Below, in pieces: positions 19,930 through 30,286 of a stretch of 64,000 bases of DNA (its first letter is position 1; each line of letters starts with the position of its first letter). The translations under genes and the position numbers were made by a program. The stretch lies in NCBI GenBank assembly GCA_040377305.1, contig JBEIPA010000013.1, forward strand, positions 32,001-96,000. Direction: 5' to 3'. Origin of the DNA: Flavobacteriales bacterium. Its GTDB lineage: Bacteria > Bacteroidota > Bacteroidia > Palsa-965. The notes under the pieces were generated by a model, which did not search any database, was not told the origin of the DNA, and worked only from the letters and a program-made list of their open reading frames with translations.

Positions 19930-21858
19930 GTGAAACCAAAAGATGAACTCCGAAAACTAGTCGACCTCCTCGTAATTGAGAAGGAGGAAGATCTGCGTCA
20001 GTATCTCGAGCAGTTCGAGCGTGGTAGCGTGACCGAACGGCGGAAGAACGGCGTTACGTGGTATCCTTTGCGAATCAACGCGGAAGAAATGGGACCCGGC
20101 GATTATGTGACGGTTGAATTCGAGCGCACTCAAGGAATAGATGAAGCGCATCAGTTCTCGAATGGAAAGCTGGTAGAACTCTTTTCAAATTCCGCGGAAG
20201 GTGAACAAGGAAAAATTCAGGGAACAGTCCGGAATATCTGGGGTAATCGTATGCGTATTGCCTTCACAACCGATGAACTTCCGGGATGGGTCGATCGTGG
20301 GAAACTGGGAGTGAATGTGTTGTTCGATGAAGCGAGTTACCGCGAAATGGTAATCGCATTGCAGAAAACGATTGATGCAGAAAACAATCGGCTTGCAAAG
20401 TTGCGCGATATCCTATACGGGATTGAGAAAGCGACTTTTGAAAAGAAAGAAGATATCACGGTAGCGCATGCATTAAACCAGTCGCAACAGGAAGCGGTGC
20501 AACTTATCGTTTCTGCGAATGATGTTGCTGTGGTACACGGGCCTCCCGGCACCGGAAAAACAACAACGCTGATTCGTGCGATCATGCAGACTTTACAGCA
20601 CGAGAAGCAGGTTTTGGTTTGCAGTCCGAGTAATGTTGCAGTGGATCTCATGACAGAGAAACTTGCGTTACAAGGTGTGAATGTTTTGCGTTTAGGAAAT
20701 CCTGCCCGCGTATCGGAAGAGGTGATGAACAACACGCTCGACGTGAAGATGATGAATCATCCGAACTGGAAAGAGCTGAAAGAATACCGCAAGCGTTCTG
20801 AAGAGTTTTTCTCGATTGCGAAAAAGTACAAACGCAACTTTGGTGCGAGCGAACGTCAGCAGCGCGATCTTATGTTCAAAGAAGCACGTGCCTTGCAGAA
20901 GGAAGCGGGCATGCTCGAAGATTATATTCTCTGGGATCAATTTGAGAATGCACAGGTGATTGCATGCACTCCGGTTGTTGCGGCAGGACGACTCATGCGC
21001 GATCTGAAATTCCGGACTGTTTTCATTGACGAAGCGGCACAGGCACTCGAGCCCATGGCGTGGATTCCTATTTCGAGAGCAGAGCGGGTGATTTTCGCCG
21101 GCGATCATTTGCAGTTACCGCCAACCGTAAAATCGAAACGTGCAGAAGACGGAGGACTGAAATACACCTTATTCGAACGTGTTGTTAAATCACAACCGCA
21201 AACAACGGCTCTGCTTCGTACGCAATACCGCATGCACGATTCCATCATGGGATTCTCTAACAGGATGTTCTACGAATCCAAACTGGAATCGGATGTCACC
21301 GTGAAAGATAATCTCCTGAGTTTCGATGAGAACGATGCGCTGTTGAATCGGCCGTTTGAATTTATTGATACTGCCGGAAGTGGTTACAATGAAATTCAGA
21401 ATCCCGAGTCGTTAAGTTATTCAAATCCGGAAGAAGCCGAGCTGTTGATTTCTCACTTGCAGAAGGTGTTAGCACAGTATGATGCTCGCCCTGATGAGCC
21501 GTTGCGCATTGGCATCATCGCTCCGTACAAGAATCAAACGGAATACATCCGCAATTACATTCAGGAGCACGAGAGCTTCAAAGATTCGCGGCACCATTTT
21601 TCTGTACGCACCGTCGATGGTTTCCAGGGACAGGAGCGCGATATCATGTGCATCAGTATGACGCGCAGCAACGATAGCGGTGAAATCGGATTTCTTTCCG
21701 ACACGCGTCGCATGAACGTTGCGCTCACACGCGCGAAAAGAAAACTACTGGTGTTCGGCGACAGCGCCACTCTTGCTAACCATCCTTTTTACAAGAAGTT
21801 TTTGGATTATGTAGAAGAGATTGGTGGGTATAGAAGTATGTGGGAGTTTATGGAGTAG
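19930..21858 (+). CDS. SF1 helicase, IGHMBP2/Upf1-like (DNA2/NAM7) family
   Basis: HGPPGTGKT, IDEAAQ, GDHLQLPP, QYRMH, TVDGFQGQE, NVALTRA; GTG 19930 or TTG 19921 start. Confidence 0.93.
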   Translation: MKPKDELRKLVDLLVIEKEEDLRQYLEQFERGSVTERRKNGVTWYPLRINAEEMGPGDYVTVEFERTQGIDEAHQFSNGKLVELFSNSAEGEQGKIQGTVRNIWGNRMRIAFTTDELPGWVDRGKLGVNVLFDEASYREMVIALQKTIDAENNRLAKLRDILYGIEKATFEKKEDITVAHALNQSQQEAVQLIVSANDVAVVHGPPGTGKTTTLIRAIMQTLQHEKQVLVCSPSNVAVDLMTEKLALQGVNVLRLGNPARVSEEVMNNTLDVKMMNHPNWKELKEYRKRSEEFFSIAKKYKRNFGASERQQRDLMFKEARALQKEAGMLEDYILWDQFENAQVIACTPVVAAGRLMRDLKFRTVFIDEAAQALEPMAWIPISRAERVIFAGDHLQLPPTVKSKRAEDGGLKYTLFERVVKSQPQTTALLRTQYRMHDSIMGFSNRMFYESKLESDVTVKDNLLSFDENDALLNRPFEFIDTAGSGYNEIQNPESLSYSNPEEAELLISHLQKVLAQYDARPDEPLRIGIIAPYKNQTEYIRNYIQEHESFKDSRHHFSVRTVDGFQGQERDIMCISMTRSNDSGEIGFLSDTRRMNVALTRAKRKLLVFGDSATLANHPFYKKFLDYVEEIGGYRSMWEFME

Positions 21859-21868
21859 TACAATTTCG

Positions 21869-22288
21869 CTACTGAGCTTTCGCACTAATCTTCTTTCCAA
21901 TACGCATCAGCAAACGGGAAACAACACTATTGATCCATCCAGTTGCGCCCAGTAATGGCGTCACTAGTACGAGTAGGAACAGCATACGCCACGGAGCATA
22001 TGCCGGGTTATCGCCGAAGATTGCCAGCATGATACCAATTGAGATGCCGGTCGTCAACCATGTAGCAAATGATTTATTAAAAATTGCTACCGATAGATTG
22101 ATAATTACAATGAGTCCTACAGCGAACACGAAGAGATAATAAATCAAGATACCAAAGGCAACACCTTGATGATGGTGAATGGAGGTATCATATTTCTGCA
22201 ACAGGTAAAGCGAAAAATAAAGCGCGGCCCAAAGAGTGCAGCACTGAATCGAAGCTGTGATTAAGGCAGTGATAGTCCGTGTAAGCAC
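21869..22288 (-). CDS. Hypothetical membrane protein (about 4 TM)
   Basis: Hydrophobic 139-aa ORF filling the gap downstream of the prenyltransferase. Confidence 0.6.
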   Translation of the reverse strand: MLTRTITALITASIQCCTLWAALYFSLYLLQKYDTSIHHHQGVAFGILIYYLFVFAVGLIVIINLSVAIFNKSFATWLTTGISIGIMLAIFGDNPAYAPWRMLFLLVLVTPLLGATGWINSVVSRLLMRIGKKISAKAQ

Positions 22289-22330
22289 GTTAGCGGGATT
22301 GAAAACTGCAAATCGGCTGCAGTTTTAAGA

Positions 22331-23308
22331 TTAGTTTTCGCGTACCATTAACGAATCGGTAAATCCCCGCAGCAGTTTTTTCTTCGCGTCATCCACTTGC
22401 ATACTCTCCAACGCAGCAATTCCCATTTCGTAGTGTTTCTGCATTTCTGATTCTGCAAGTGCACGAATTCCGATCTGATCGTAAATCGCAGTTACTGCTT
22501 TGACTTTCTCAGTTGAACTATCGCCACTTACTTGCATCCAGTTGAGCAACGCTTCTTTCGAGTACGCATCAGCTTTCTCCAAAGCAGAAATCAACAGAAA
22601 TGTTTTCTTGTTCGAAACGATATCTCCACCCACTTGTTTTCCGAATTTCTCCGGATCGCCATACACATCGAGAATGTCATCCTGCAACTGAAATGCAATT
22701 CCAATGTGCTTTCCGAATTCGTACAACTTGTGCGCTTCTGTTGCGTAAGCTCCTCCGCACAATGCTCCGATTTCCAGCGAAGCTGCTAACAGAACCGCAG
22801 TCTTCAATTCAATCATGCGGATATACTCCGGAATCGTAACCTTCTCGCGCGATTCGAAATCCATATCCATTTGCTGTCCTTCACAAACTTCTAATGCCGT
22901 TCGGGTAAACACATCGAGAACGTGCGGAAGAATATGCGGGGGTGATAAAGCTATTCTGCGGAATGCTTCGGTGTACATCGCGTCTCCGCTTAGAATAGCA
23001 ATGTTCGAATTCCATTTCGAGTAAACGGTTTCTCTTCCGCGACGCAACGGCGCATTGTCCATAATGTCGTCGTGGAGCAATGTGAAGTTGTGAAAGAGCT
23101 CAATGCCAATTGCAGCCGGAAGCGCTGACCGGACATCTTGCGTAAACATTCCCGCACCAATCAGTGAAAGCAAAGGGCGCATTCGCTTGCCGCCATGCGC
23201 GAGCGTATATTTCAACGGCTCATACAAACGCGCTGGTTCTTTCGGCAAACCGGAAACGAAACGTTCTATATCTGCGGCAATAATTTCCTGGTAATGCTGA
23301 ATATCCAC
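22331..23308 (-). CDS. Polyprenyl (FPP/GGPP) diphosphate synthase
   Basis: GGKRMRP, LHDDIMD..LRRG, FQLQDDILD motifs. Confidence 0.93.
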   Translation of the reverse strand: MDIQHYQEIIAADIERFVSGLPKEPARLYEPLKYTLAHGGKRMRPLLSLIGAGMFTQDVRSALPAAIGIELFHNFTLLHDDIMDNAPLRRGRETVYSKWNSNIAILSGDAMYTEAFRRIALSPPHILPHVLDVFTRTALEVCEGQQMDMDFESREKVTIPEYIRMIELKTAVLLAASLEIGALCGGAYATEAHKLYEFGKHIGIAFQLQDDILDVYGDPEKFGKQVGGDIVSNKKTFLLISALEKADAYSKEALLNWMQVSGDSSTEKVKAVTAIYDQIGIRALAESEMQKHYEMGIAALESMQVDDAKKKLLRGFTDSLMVREN

Positions 23309-23310
23309 GA

Positions 23311-24255
23311 TTAGAGTATGAAGCGGGTGTCGTTGAGCAATTTTTTCAATCCTTCTTCGAGACTGAGCGGTTGACGGTTGAGCAGCTTTGTCATTTTCTG
23401 CGTGTCGGGCATGCGGCGTGTCATGTCGCCTTCTGAAAGTGAAGGGCCCATAATGACTTTCGATTTAGATCCGGTAATCGCGATAATCTTATCTGCCAGT
23501 TCACGTATTGTAATTTCCTTATCGCTGCCGATGTTCACTACGTCGTTTACAATTTCATTATTGTAAAACGCATGCAGACAAGCTTCCGTGTTATCGTCGA
23601 TGTAACAGAAGGTGCGGGTTTGTCTTCCGTCTCCATTCACCACAATGTCTTCACCTTTCAGTGCTGCAGAAACGAAACGGGAAATCACAAAGTCTTTGCT
23701 CTGCTTCGGTCCGAATGTATTGAAGAATCGGAAGATGGTATATTCCAGACCGAATTCTTTCTGATACGATTTCAGATATGCTTCTCCGGCATTCTTCACA
23801 ATTGCATAAGGCAAACGTGAATTGAGCGGAGTAGTTTCTTCATTCTGCGGAAGCTCAACAGGTTCACCGTACACTTCAGAAGACGAAGAGAAGAACACGC
23901 GCTTCACACCGGAATTCTTCGACAACTCCAGAATGTTTTTGAATCCTTGCAGATCACGCAACACCATCACCGGGTTATCGAGCGTACGCTGTACACCAAC
24001 CACGGCAGCATAATGAAACACATACTCAAACCGATGAGACATCATCACCGTCGACAAATCGATGTAATGATTAACATCACAACGAATGAAGCGTATGTTG
24101 TCGTGCGAAGAAACCGGAATTTTATCCTGCGAGCCTGTAAGCAGATTATCCACAATCACAATGAAGTAATCCGGATTCTCCGCAAGTTTCTCGACAATTG
24201 CGCTGGCAATAAAACCGGCACCGCCCGTTACAAGTATGTATGTTTTCTTAGCCAC
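23311..24255 (-). CDS. NAD-dependent nucleotide-sugar epimerase/dehydratase
   Basis: TGGAGFI, SSSEVYG, YAIVK (YxxxK). Confidence 0.9.
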   Translation of the reverse strand: MAKKTYILVTGGAGFIASAIVEKLAENPDYFIVIVDNLLTGSQDKIPVSSHDNIRFIRCDVNHYIDLSTVMMSHRFEYVFHYAAVVGVQRTLDNPVMVLRDLQGFKNILELSKNSGVKRVFFSSSSEVYGEPVELPQNEETTPLNSRLPYAIVKNAGEAYLKSYQKEFGLEYTIFRFFNTFGPKQSKDFVISRFVSAALKGEDIVVNGDGRQTRTFCYIDDNTEACLHAFYNNEIVNDVVNIGSDKEITIRELADKIIAITGSKSKVIMGPSLSEGDMTRRMPDTQKMTKLLNRQPLSLEEGLKKLLNDTRFIL

Positions 24256-25127
24256 TAGCCGATCAGACTTACAAGATATTGACCATAACCGCTTTTCATT
24301 AGCGGATCGGCAAGTGCTTGCAGCTGCGCTTTGTCAATGAAGCCGGAACGAAAAGCAACTTCTTCAATGCAACCAACTTTCAATCCCTGACGTTCTTCAA
24401 TGATTGAAACATAATTGCTTGCCTGCAACAACGAAGCATGTGTGCCGGTGTCAAGCCACGCGGTGCCACGATTGAGAATACTAACTTCAAGCTTGCCGCG
24501 TTCGAGATAAATTCTGTTTACATCGGTAATTTCCAGTTCGCCACGAACACCCGGTTTCAGGTTACGCGCAATTTCAATTACGGAATTATCGTAGAAGTAA
24601 ATTCCGGGAACTGCGAAATTCGACTTCGGTTGTTTTGGTTTCTCCTCAATGGAAATTGCTTTACCACTTGAGTCGAATTCAACAACACCATAACGTTCCG
24701 GATCGTGAACGTGGTAAGCGAATACCATTCCGCCACCTGTGGTTTGCACTTTCTTGCTTGCGTCACGCAATGTGCCGGAAAGATTTGATCCGTGAAAAAT
24801 ATTGTCACCTAGAATCAAAGCGGCATGATCATCGCCAATGAAATCTGCACCAATCGTGAATGCCTGCGCAAGTCCTTTAGGTTCCGGCTGCACCGCATAC
24901 TCGAAACGCATCCCAAGTGATTTTCCATCACCAAGGAGCTTTTCGAAATTCGGAAGATCAACCGGAGTTGAAATGATCAGTACTTCGCGTACACCGGCAA
25001 GCATGAGCGTGCTCAGCGGATAATAGATCATCGGCTTGTCGAACACCGGCATGAGCTGTTTACTTACTGCCAGCGTTAGCGGATGAAGTCGCGTGCCGGA
25101 ACCTCCGGCGAGAATAATTCCTTTCAT
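24255..25127 (-). CDS. rfbA: Glucose-1-phosphate thymidylyltransferase
   Basis: [16 protein letters not shown]...[21 protein letters not shown]. Confidence 0.96.
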   Translation of the reverse strand: MKGIILAGGSGTRLHPLTLAVSKQLMPVFDKPMIYYPLSTLMLAGVREVLIISTPVDLPNFEKLLGDGKSLGMRFEYAVQPEPKGLAQAFTIGADFIGDDHAALILGDNIFHGSNLSGTLRDASKKVQTTGGGMVFAYHVHDPERYGVVEFDSSGKAISIEEKPKQPKSNFAVPGIYFYDNSVIEIARNLKPGVRGELEITDVNRIYLERGKLEVSILNRGTAWLDTGTHASLLQASNYVSIIEERQGLKVGCIEEVAFRSGFIDKAQLQALADPLMKSGYGQYLVSLIG

Positions 25128-25132
25128 AAGTC

Positions 25133-27685
25133 TTATTCCTGTTCGGTGTTTTGTTGAATGGTCAGCTTTTGCGAATCAATATCTTCTTCTTCGTCGTAAA
25201 TCTCAATAAGAGGCTCTTTCATCAACGCGCGTGTTGCGTTCCACTTCTCCAGGGAGAGTAAGATGCATGGCAACAAAACGAGATTGGTAATGAGTGACAC
25301 CAGAAGTGTTATCGACAAAAGTATTCCCAATGCAACTGTCCCTCCGAATCCGGAGAAAATGAAAATTGCAAAACCGAAGAAGAGAATGACATTGGTGTAA
25401 ATCATGCTCAGGCCGGTTTCTTTGATAGCCAGACTAACAGCTTGTGATGCGCGAGCGGCAGAAAGTTTTCTGAGCTGCGATCGGTATTCGGTTAGAATGT
25501 AGATCGTACCATCAGATGCAATTCCGAAAGCAATCGAGAAAATCAGAATGGTCGACGACTTGAATGGAATCCCGCAATAGCCCATAATACCAGCTGTCAT
25601 GACCAACGGAATCAGACAAGGCAACTTCGACAGAACAATAATAGCTACGGAACGGAAAAGAATCATTCCGATAAGAAGGATCAAACCGATTGCGATCGAC
25701 AACGACACGAATAAGTGGTGCACGAGATAATCGAAGCTGCGCAGGAACATTAATGAATGTCCGGTAAGATCGATCTTGTAATAGCTTGACGGGAAAAGTG
25801 AATCGATAATCGGCACAATTCGTGCGGCAATTTTCTTCGCACTATCAGAACCAACATCGGCCATCTGAATGCTAACGCGTGTCGACATGCGCGAACTGTC
25901 GATGAACGAATTCAGTCGTCCTTGCTGACCTTTCACTGTGCCACTGTAATCGGCAAGCGCTTTCAGATCAACAACGTTGTTTGGTAAGCGATATGCTTTT
26001 GGCTTCCCGTCTTTGTAAGCCTGATATGAGAACTTCAGTACTTCAACAACAGAAACTGGTTTCGAGAAAGCTGGAATTGAAGTGATGAATCGTTGCAGGG
26101 AATCAATGTTCTTCAACACTTGTCCCTCCTGATCAAACAGATTACGTGGACCCAGCGTGTCTTTCGCAAAGTCATTCGGATCGAGCGTCCATCCGTTTTT
26201 CGCGTACACAGCCTTGATGCTGTCGTTCAAACGAGGCTTCACCTCAATGGCAACTTCGAAAGGAAGAATTCCATTGAAGTGATGTTCAAAGAATTTCAAA
26301 TCGACATACATCGGTTCGTCTTGCGGAAGATCATCTACCACATAACCAACAACGGAAATAAACTTGAATCCGAATGCCGAAATAAGTGTAACAATGGCCA
26401 CACCGAGGTAAATTTTCTTGCGGTGATTGTGAACGAGATGATTTACCAGATCGAGAATGCGATTGATGCGTTTTCCTTCCAGGTGACGACCCTGCTTCGC
26501 TTTCGGCGCAGGCAGGTAGCTGAAGATAATTGGTGTGAGAAAGAGTGCAACGAAATAGGTGATCATGACGTTCACAGCAGCAATTACACCGAACTGAACA
26601 AGCATATCACTCTTGGTAAAGTAGAAAACGCCAAAACCAATTGCTGTAGTTAAGTTCGCGAGCAAATTCGAAAGACCAACTTTTTGCACCATGCGGGCAA
26701 GTGCTTTCGTTTTTTGTCCGTGATGCGCGTATTCTTCCTGATACTTATTAATTAAGAAAATACAGTTCGGTATTCCTATGATTACAATCAACGAAGGAAT
26801 CATCCCGGTCAGAACTGTGATCTTGTAACCAAACAACGCCATTGTGCCCAGTGAGAAAATCAGTCCAACGATTACAACAACCAACGAGAAGAATGTTGCG
26901 TTGAAGTAGCGGAAGAAGACGAAAAGTATAAGTGCAGTTACGCCAATTGATAAGAAGAGAAACAACTGCATCTCACCGCCAATTTTCTGCATGTATTGCG
27001 TTCGTATGTGCGGCATCCCCGAAACGTGCATCGCACTTAATTCCGAATCTTCAATAGTACCGTCATTATCCGCGTCAACTCCTGTTTCCGGAATTTTGTA
27101 ATTCGTTGCATACGCTTCACCGAGCGCATTAATCTGATTTACTATTGCAACACGATCTTTAGCGTGAAGGACTTCCTGTGTAAACGTGATGACCATTACA
27201 GTCGCCATCGTTTCTTTATTAATGATCAACCCTTCGTAAAACGGTAAACGCCAGATTTGTCTCTTCAGGCTATCAACTTCCTCTTGTGTAGTTGGCCGAT
27301 TTTGAACAACCTGCACGATATCGAATTTTGTGCTGTCATCATCGCGTACAACATTGTATAAACGCGCAGTCGACATTACTTCCTGCACACCTTCGATCTT
27401 GCGAACGTTTTCTGTCAAGTCATACCATCCCTGATACTTGCTGAGTGTAAACATGGTACTGTCCTGAAAAGTCAGGAGCATCACGTTTCCGTCTTCACCA
27501 TATTTCGCTTTAAACTTTTCGTAGGCGATGGCCATTTCATCGTCTTCCGGCAGAACACGCGCGTACTTGTACGAAAGCTCAAGGTGTCCGCTCGCCCACC
27601 AACCCATAAACCCTGTGAGCAAGAGGATAATGATGAGAAGAGGAACGCGTTGACGAAGAATGAAATGCGAAAGTTTTGCCCACAT
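25133..27685 (-). CDS. MMPL/RND family transporter
   Basis: Two repeats of periplasmic domain plus TM bundle; [16 protein letters not shown]. Confidence 0.88.
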   Translation of the reverse strand: MWAKLSHFILRQRVPLLIIILLLTGFMGWWASGHLELSYKYARVLPEDDEMAIAYEKFKAKYGEDGNVMLLTFQDSTMFTLSKYQGWYDLTENVRKIEGVQEVMSTARLYNVVRDDDSTKFDIVQVVQNRPTTQEEVDSLKRQIWRLPFYEGLIINKETMATVMVITFTQEVLHAKDRVAIVNQINALGEAYATNYKIPETGVDADNDGTIEDSELSAMHVSGMPHIRTQYMQKIGGEMQLFLFLSIGVTALILFVFFRYFNATFFSLVVVIVGLIFSLGTMALFGYKITVLTGMIPSLIVIIGIPNCIFLINKYQEEYAHHGQKTKALARMVQKVGLSNLLANLTTAIGFGVFYFTKSDMLVQFGVIAAVNVMITYFVALFLTPIIFSYLPAPKAKQGRHLEGKRINRILDLVNHLVHNHRKKIYLGVAIVTLISAFGFKFISVVGYVVDDLPQDEPMYVDLKFFEHHFNGILPFEVAIEVKPRLNDSIKAVYAKNGWTLDPNDFAKDTLGPRNLFDQEGQVLKNIDSLQRFITSIPAFSKPVSVVEVLKFSYQAYKDGKPKAYRLPNNVVDLKALADYSGTVKGQQGRLNSFIDSSRMSTRVSIQMADVGSDSAKKIAARIVPIIDSLFPSSYYKIDLTGHSLMFLRSFDYLVHHLFVSLSIAIGLILLIGMILFRSVAIIVLSKLPCLIPLVMTAGIMGYCGIPFKSSTILIFSIAFGIASDGTIYILTEYRSQLRKLSAARASQAVSLAIKETGLSMIYTNVILFFGFAIFIFSGFGGTVALGILLSITLLVSLITNLVLLPCILLSLEKWNATRALMKEPLIEIYDEEEDIDSQKLTIQQNTEQE

Positions 27686-27841
27686 AATAATCTGCCCGCC
27701 GTACGGGAATGCTAGAGCCGGTAAATTTAGGAAATTTAAGGGGGTAAGGGTCGGAAAATTACCCCAAATAACGACCTGTTTTAGAGGTCTTTATGAATTC
27801 ACTTACAACTAATTACGCTTGCAATTGATTAAGTAGCTTTG

Positions 27842-29035
27842 ATGACTGTGAATCGAGAGCAATCCACCAAGCCAAATTTGTTCCAGATCTTTCTCCTCTT
27901 CCTGAAAATGGGAGCAACAGCGTTTGGCGGAAATGTGGCGTTGGTTGCTGCAATCAGAACTGAAATCGCCGACAAAAAAAAGTGGGTGAGCGACACAGAG
28001 ATTCTGGATCTCATGATTGTCGGGAATATTTTGCCGGGACCTCTCGCAACCAATGTTGTTTTTGCAATTGGAAAAATTCTTCACGGAGTTGCTGGCGCAT
28101 TCGTGGCTTTGTTCGCGGTGCTACTTCCATCTTTTATCCTTATGTGCGTTTTGTCGTGGGCGTATTTTCAAATCGGCACCAATGATCACGTAACATCCAT
28201 CATGAACGGAATTATTCCTTGCGTTTCGGGAATCATCGCTGCTACTGCATGGAATCTCGTGAAGAAAAATGTAAAAGGCGTGTTGCAATACATCATCGTT
28301 GTTGCAGCTGCAGGCGCAATGTTGTACTGGCACGGATTTTATCTCACACTAATTATCGTTGGTGCTTCAGCCATTATCGGTCGTGCATTTTTCTATTCGA
28401 AGCGGGAAGTAAAACCAGTCGTGCAAAGTGAAAGTCTTCGTATGGTTTTTGTTTTGCCCACGATTGTTATTCTCCTTTTTTCGGGAATTTACTTTCTCCC
28501 CGACATCAACATTGTCGTGACTAACACGAAGTCGGTTGCGCTCACATTTGGTACGATGAGTGTTACGCTTTTCGGTGGTGGATATGTTTTCGTACCAGCG
28601 ATGGAAGCCGTAGTTGTCGACAAAATGCTTTGGATGACTTCACGACAATTTTCAGAAGGAATTGCACTCGGTCACGCAACCCCGGGGCCAATCATGATCA
28701 GCTCTGTATTTGTTGGCTGGAAAGTTTCCGGATTCTGGGGAGCTCTCGCAGCAGCACTTGCGTTGTTCATTCCACCTGCAGTGGTCATGTACGTCGCACA
28801 ACATTTCATGCAGAAGATCAAAACGAACGACGGTGCAGAAGCTGCATTCAAAGGTGTGCGTCCTGCCGTTATCGGAATGATTGCGGCTTCCGTTTGGATC
28901 ATTTTCTCGAGCGGAACATTGAGCATTCCTGCTTTTGTCATCTTCGCGGTATCCTGTGCCTTGTGTATCTGGAAAAACCCTGAGTCGATTTTACTCGTGC
29001 TTGGAGCTGCGGTGGCAGGTTGGGTGATCTGGTAA
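27842..29035 (+). CDS. chrA: Chromate ion transporter (CHR) family, long chain
   Basis: Duplicated FGG and PGP motifs (AFGG..LPGP; LFGGG..TPGP). Confidence 0.9.
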   Translation: MTVNREQSTKPNLFQIFLLFLKMGATAFGGNVALVAAIRTEIADKKKWVSDTEILDLMIVGNILPGPLATNVVFAIGKILHGVAGAFVALFAVLLPSFILMCVLSWAYFQIGTNDHVTSIMNGIIPCVSGIIAATAWNLVKKNVKGVLQYIIVVAAAGAMLYWHGFYLTLIIVGASAIIGRAFFYSKREVKPVVQSESLRMVFVLPTIVILLFSGIYFLPDINIVVTNTKSVALTFGTMSVTLFGGGYVFVPAMEAVVVDKMLWMTSRQFSEGIALGHATPGPIMISSVFVGWKVSGFWGALAAALALFIPPAVVMYVAQHFMQKIKTNDGAEAAFKGVRPAVIGMIAASVWIIFSSGTLSIPAFVIFAVSCALCIWKNPESILLVLGAAVAGWVIW

Positions 29036-29037
29036 AT

Positions 29038-29233
29038 GGAACACGGATTTAAATGCCCTTTGTTTTCTAAGTGCTCGCTCGGATGCCTTCAGTAAATACA
29101 TCGCTCAGGTATTGGATTTTATGAGATAAACCCAAAACGTATCTCATAAGATCTGATTCCCCGATTCGCTATCCACCGTGCTAATCCGGGCGATGAACTA
29201 ACACGCCGCGTTCCAATTCAAAATCCGCGTTCC
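29038..29233. repeat. Nested inverted-repeat element (short copy)
   Basis: Outer ggaacacggattt/aaatccgcgttcc; inner ggattttatgagata/tatctcataagatct; same motifs at 58408-58701. Confidence 0.7.
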
Positions 29234-29260
29234 TTTTTTCGCTGTATCTTAGCGCTTCCA

Positions 29261-30286
29261 ATGAAACAAGCCATCCAATTCATAGGAACTCAACGTTCAG
29301 GATCGAATCTTTTGCGCGTCATGCTCAATCAGCATCCGCAAATATCGGCGCCTCATCCTCCGCATATATTGCAGGTGATCATGCCCTTGCTTCCAATGTA
29401 TGGCGATCTTCAAATCGAAACATCATTTGAAAAATTGGTGAATGATGTGTGCACGCTGGTCGAGAAAAATCCTGTGAACTGGTCGGTGAAATTTGACCGG
29501 GGTGCAATCCGGGAAATGTGCGCGAACAATTCGTTACCACAAATCATGCGCGCAATTTATTTCACAAAAGCAAAATTGAAAAACGCTTCGTGGTGGTGCT
29601 GCAAGAGCATGGCGAGTGTTCACTACGCAAAGGAAATCGAGGCAAGCGGAATTCATCCGGTGTATTTGTTTCAGTATCGCGATGGAAGAGATGTTGCCTG
29701 TTCGTTTCGTAAAGCTGTAGTGGGAGAGAAGCACATGTATTTTCTCGCGAAGCAATGGAAGCACGAACAGGAATTATCAATGGCACTGCGAGAACAATAC
29801 GAAGACCGTACAATCACGGTGCAGTACGAAACATTCATGACCGATACGGAAGGAACTCTGCAAGATATTTGTGCTAAGTTGCAGCTCGACTATACTTCTG
29901 AAATGTTGAATTACGCTGACGCAGATGAATCGAAAATTACTGCTTCTTCCGGAAAAATGTGGAGCAACCTCACTAAGCCTTTGATGCGGAATAATTCAAA
30001 AAAATATCTCACAGAAATGACCCACGACGACCTGGTGATTTTTGAATCGGTTGCAGGCGACACGTTGGAGAAGTTGGGTTACGTACGCGAAATACCTGTG
30101 AGTCTCCTTAGGAAATACACGGATGATGACGTGAAACAATTCGCCGTACATAACGCACTGTGGCAGTCGGAAGCAAAAGCTTTGGCGGTTGAAGACATGT
30201 CGAAGCGTAAAGAACAGGACACTTTTGTCGCTGAATTGAAAAAACAATTTGTTGCTTATGAAAAGTCTGGTGTTGCGCGCGCTTAG
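29261..30286 (+). CDS. PAPS-dependent sulfotransferase family protein
   Basis: GTQRSGSNLL 5'-PSB loop and RDGRDVACS 3'-PB motif; no signal peptide. Confidence 0.88.
   Translation: MKQAIQFIGTQRSGSNLLRVMLNQHPQISAPHPPHILQVIMPLLPMYGDLQIETSFEKLVNDVCTLVEKNPVNWSVKFDRGAIREMCANNSLPQIMRAIYFTKAKLKNASWWCCKSMASVHYAKEIEASGIHPVYLFQYRDGRDVACSFRKAVVGEKHMYFLAKQWKHEQELSMALREQYEDRTITVQYETFMTDTEGTLQDICAKLQLDYTSEMLNYADADESKITASSGKMWSNLTKPLMRNNSKKYLTEMTHDDLVIFESVAGDTLEKLGYVREIPVSLLRKYTDDDVKQFAVHNALWQSEAKALAVEDMSKRKEQDTFVAELKKQFVAYEKSGVARA

Noticed and set aside
19930-21858. Anti-phage defence helicase
   Set aside because: Stand-alone IGHMBP2-like helicase with no fused or adjacent effector, in housekeeping context
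23311-25127. O-antigen or capsule locus
   Set aside because: Only rfbA and one epimerase; no glycosyltransferases, flippase or rfbBCD
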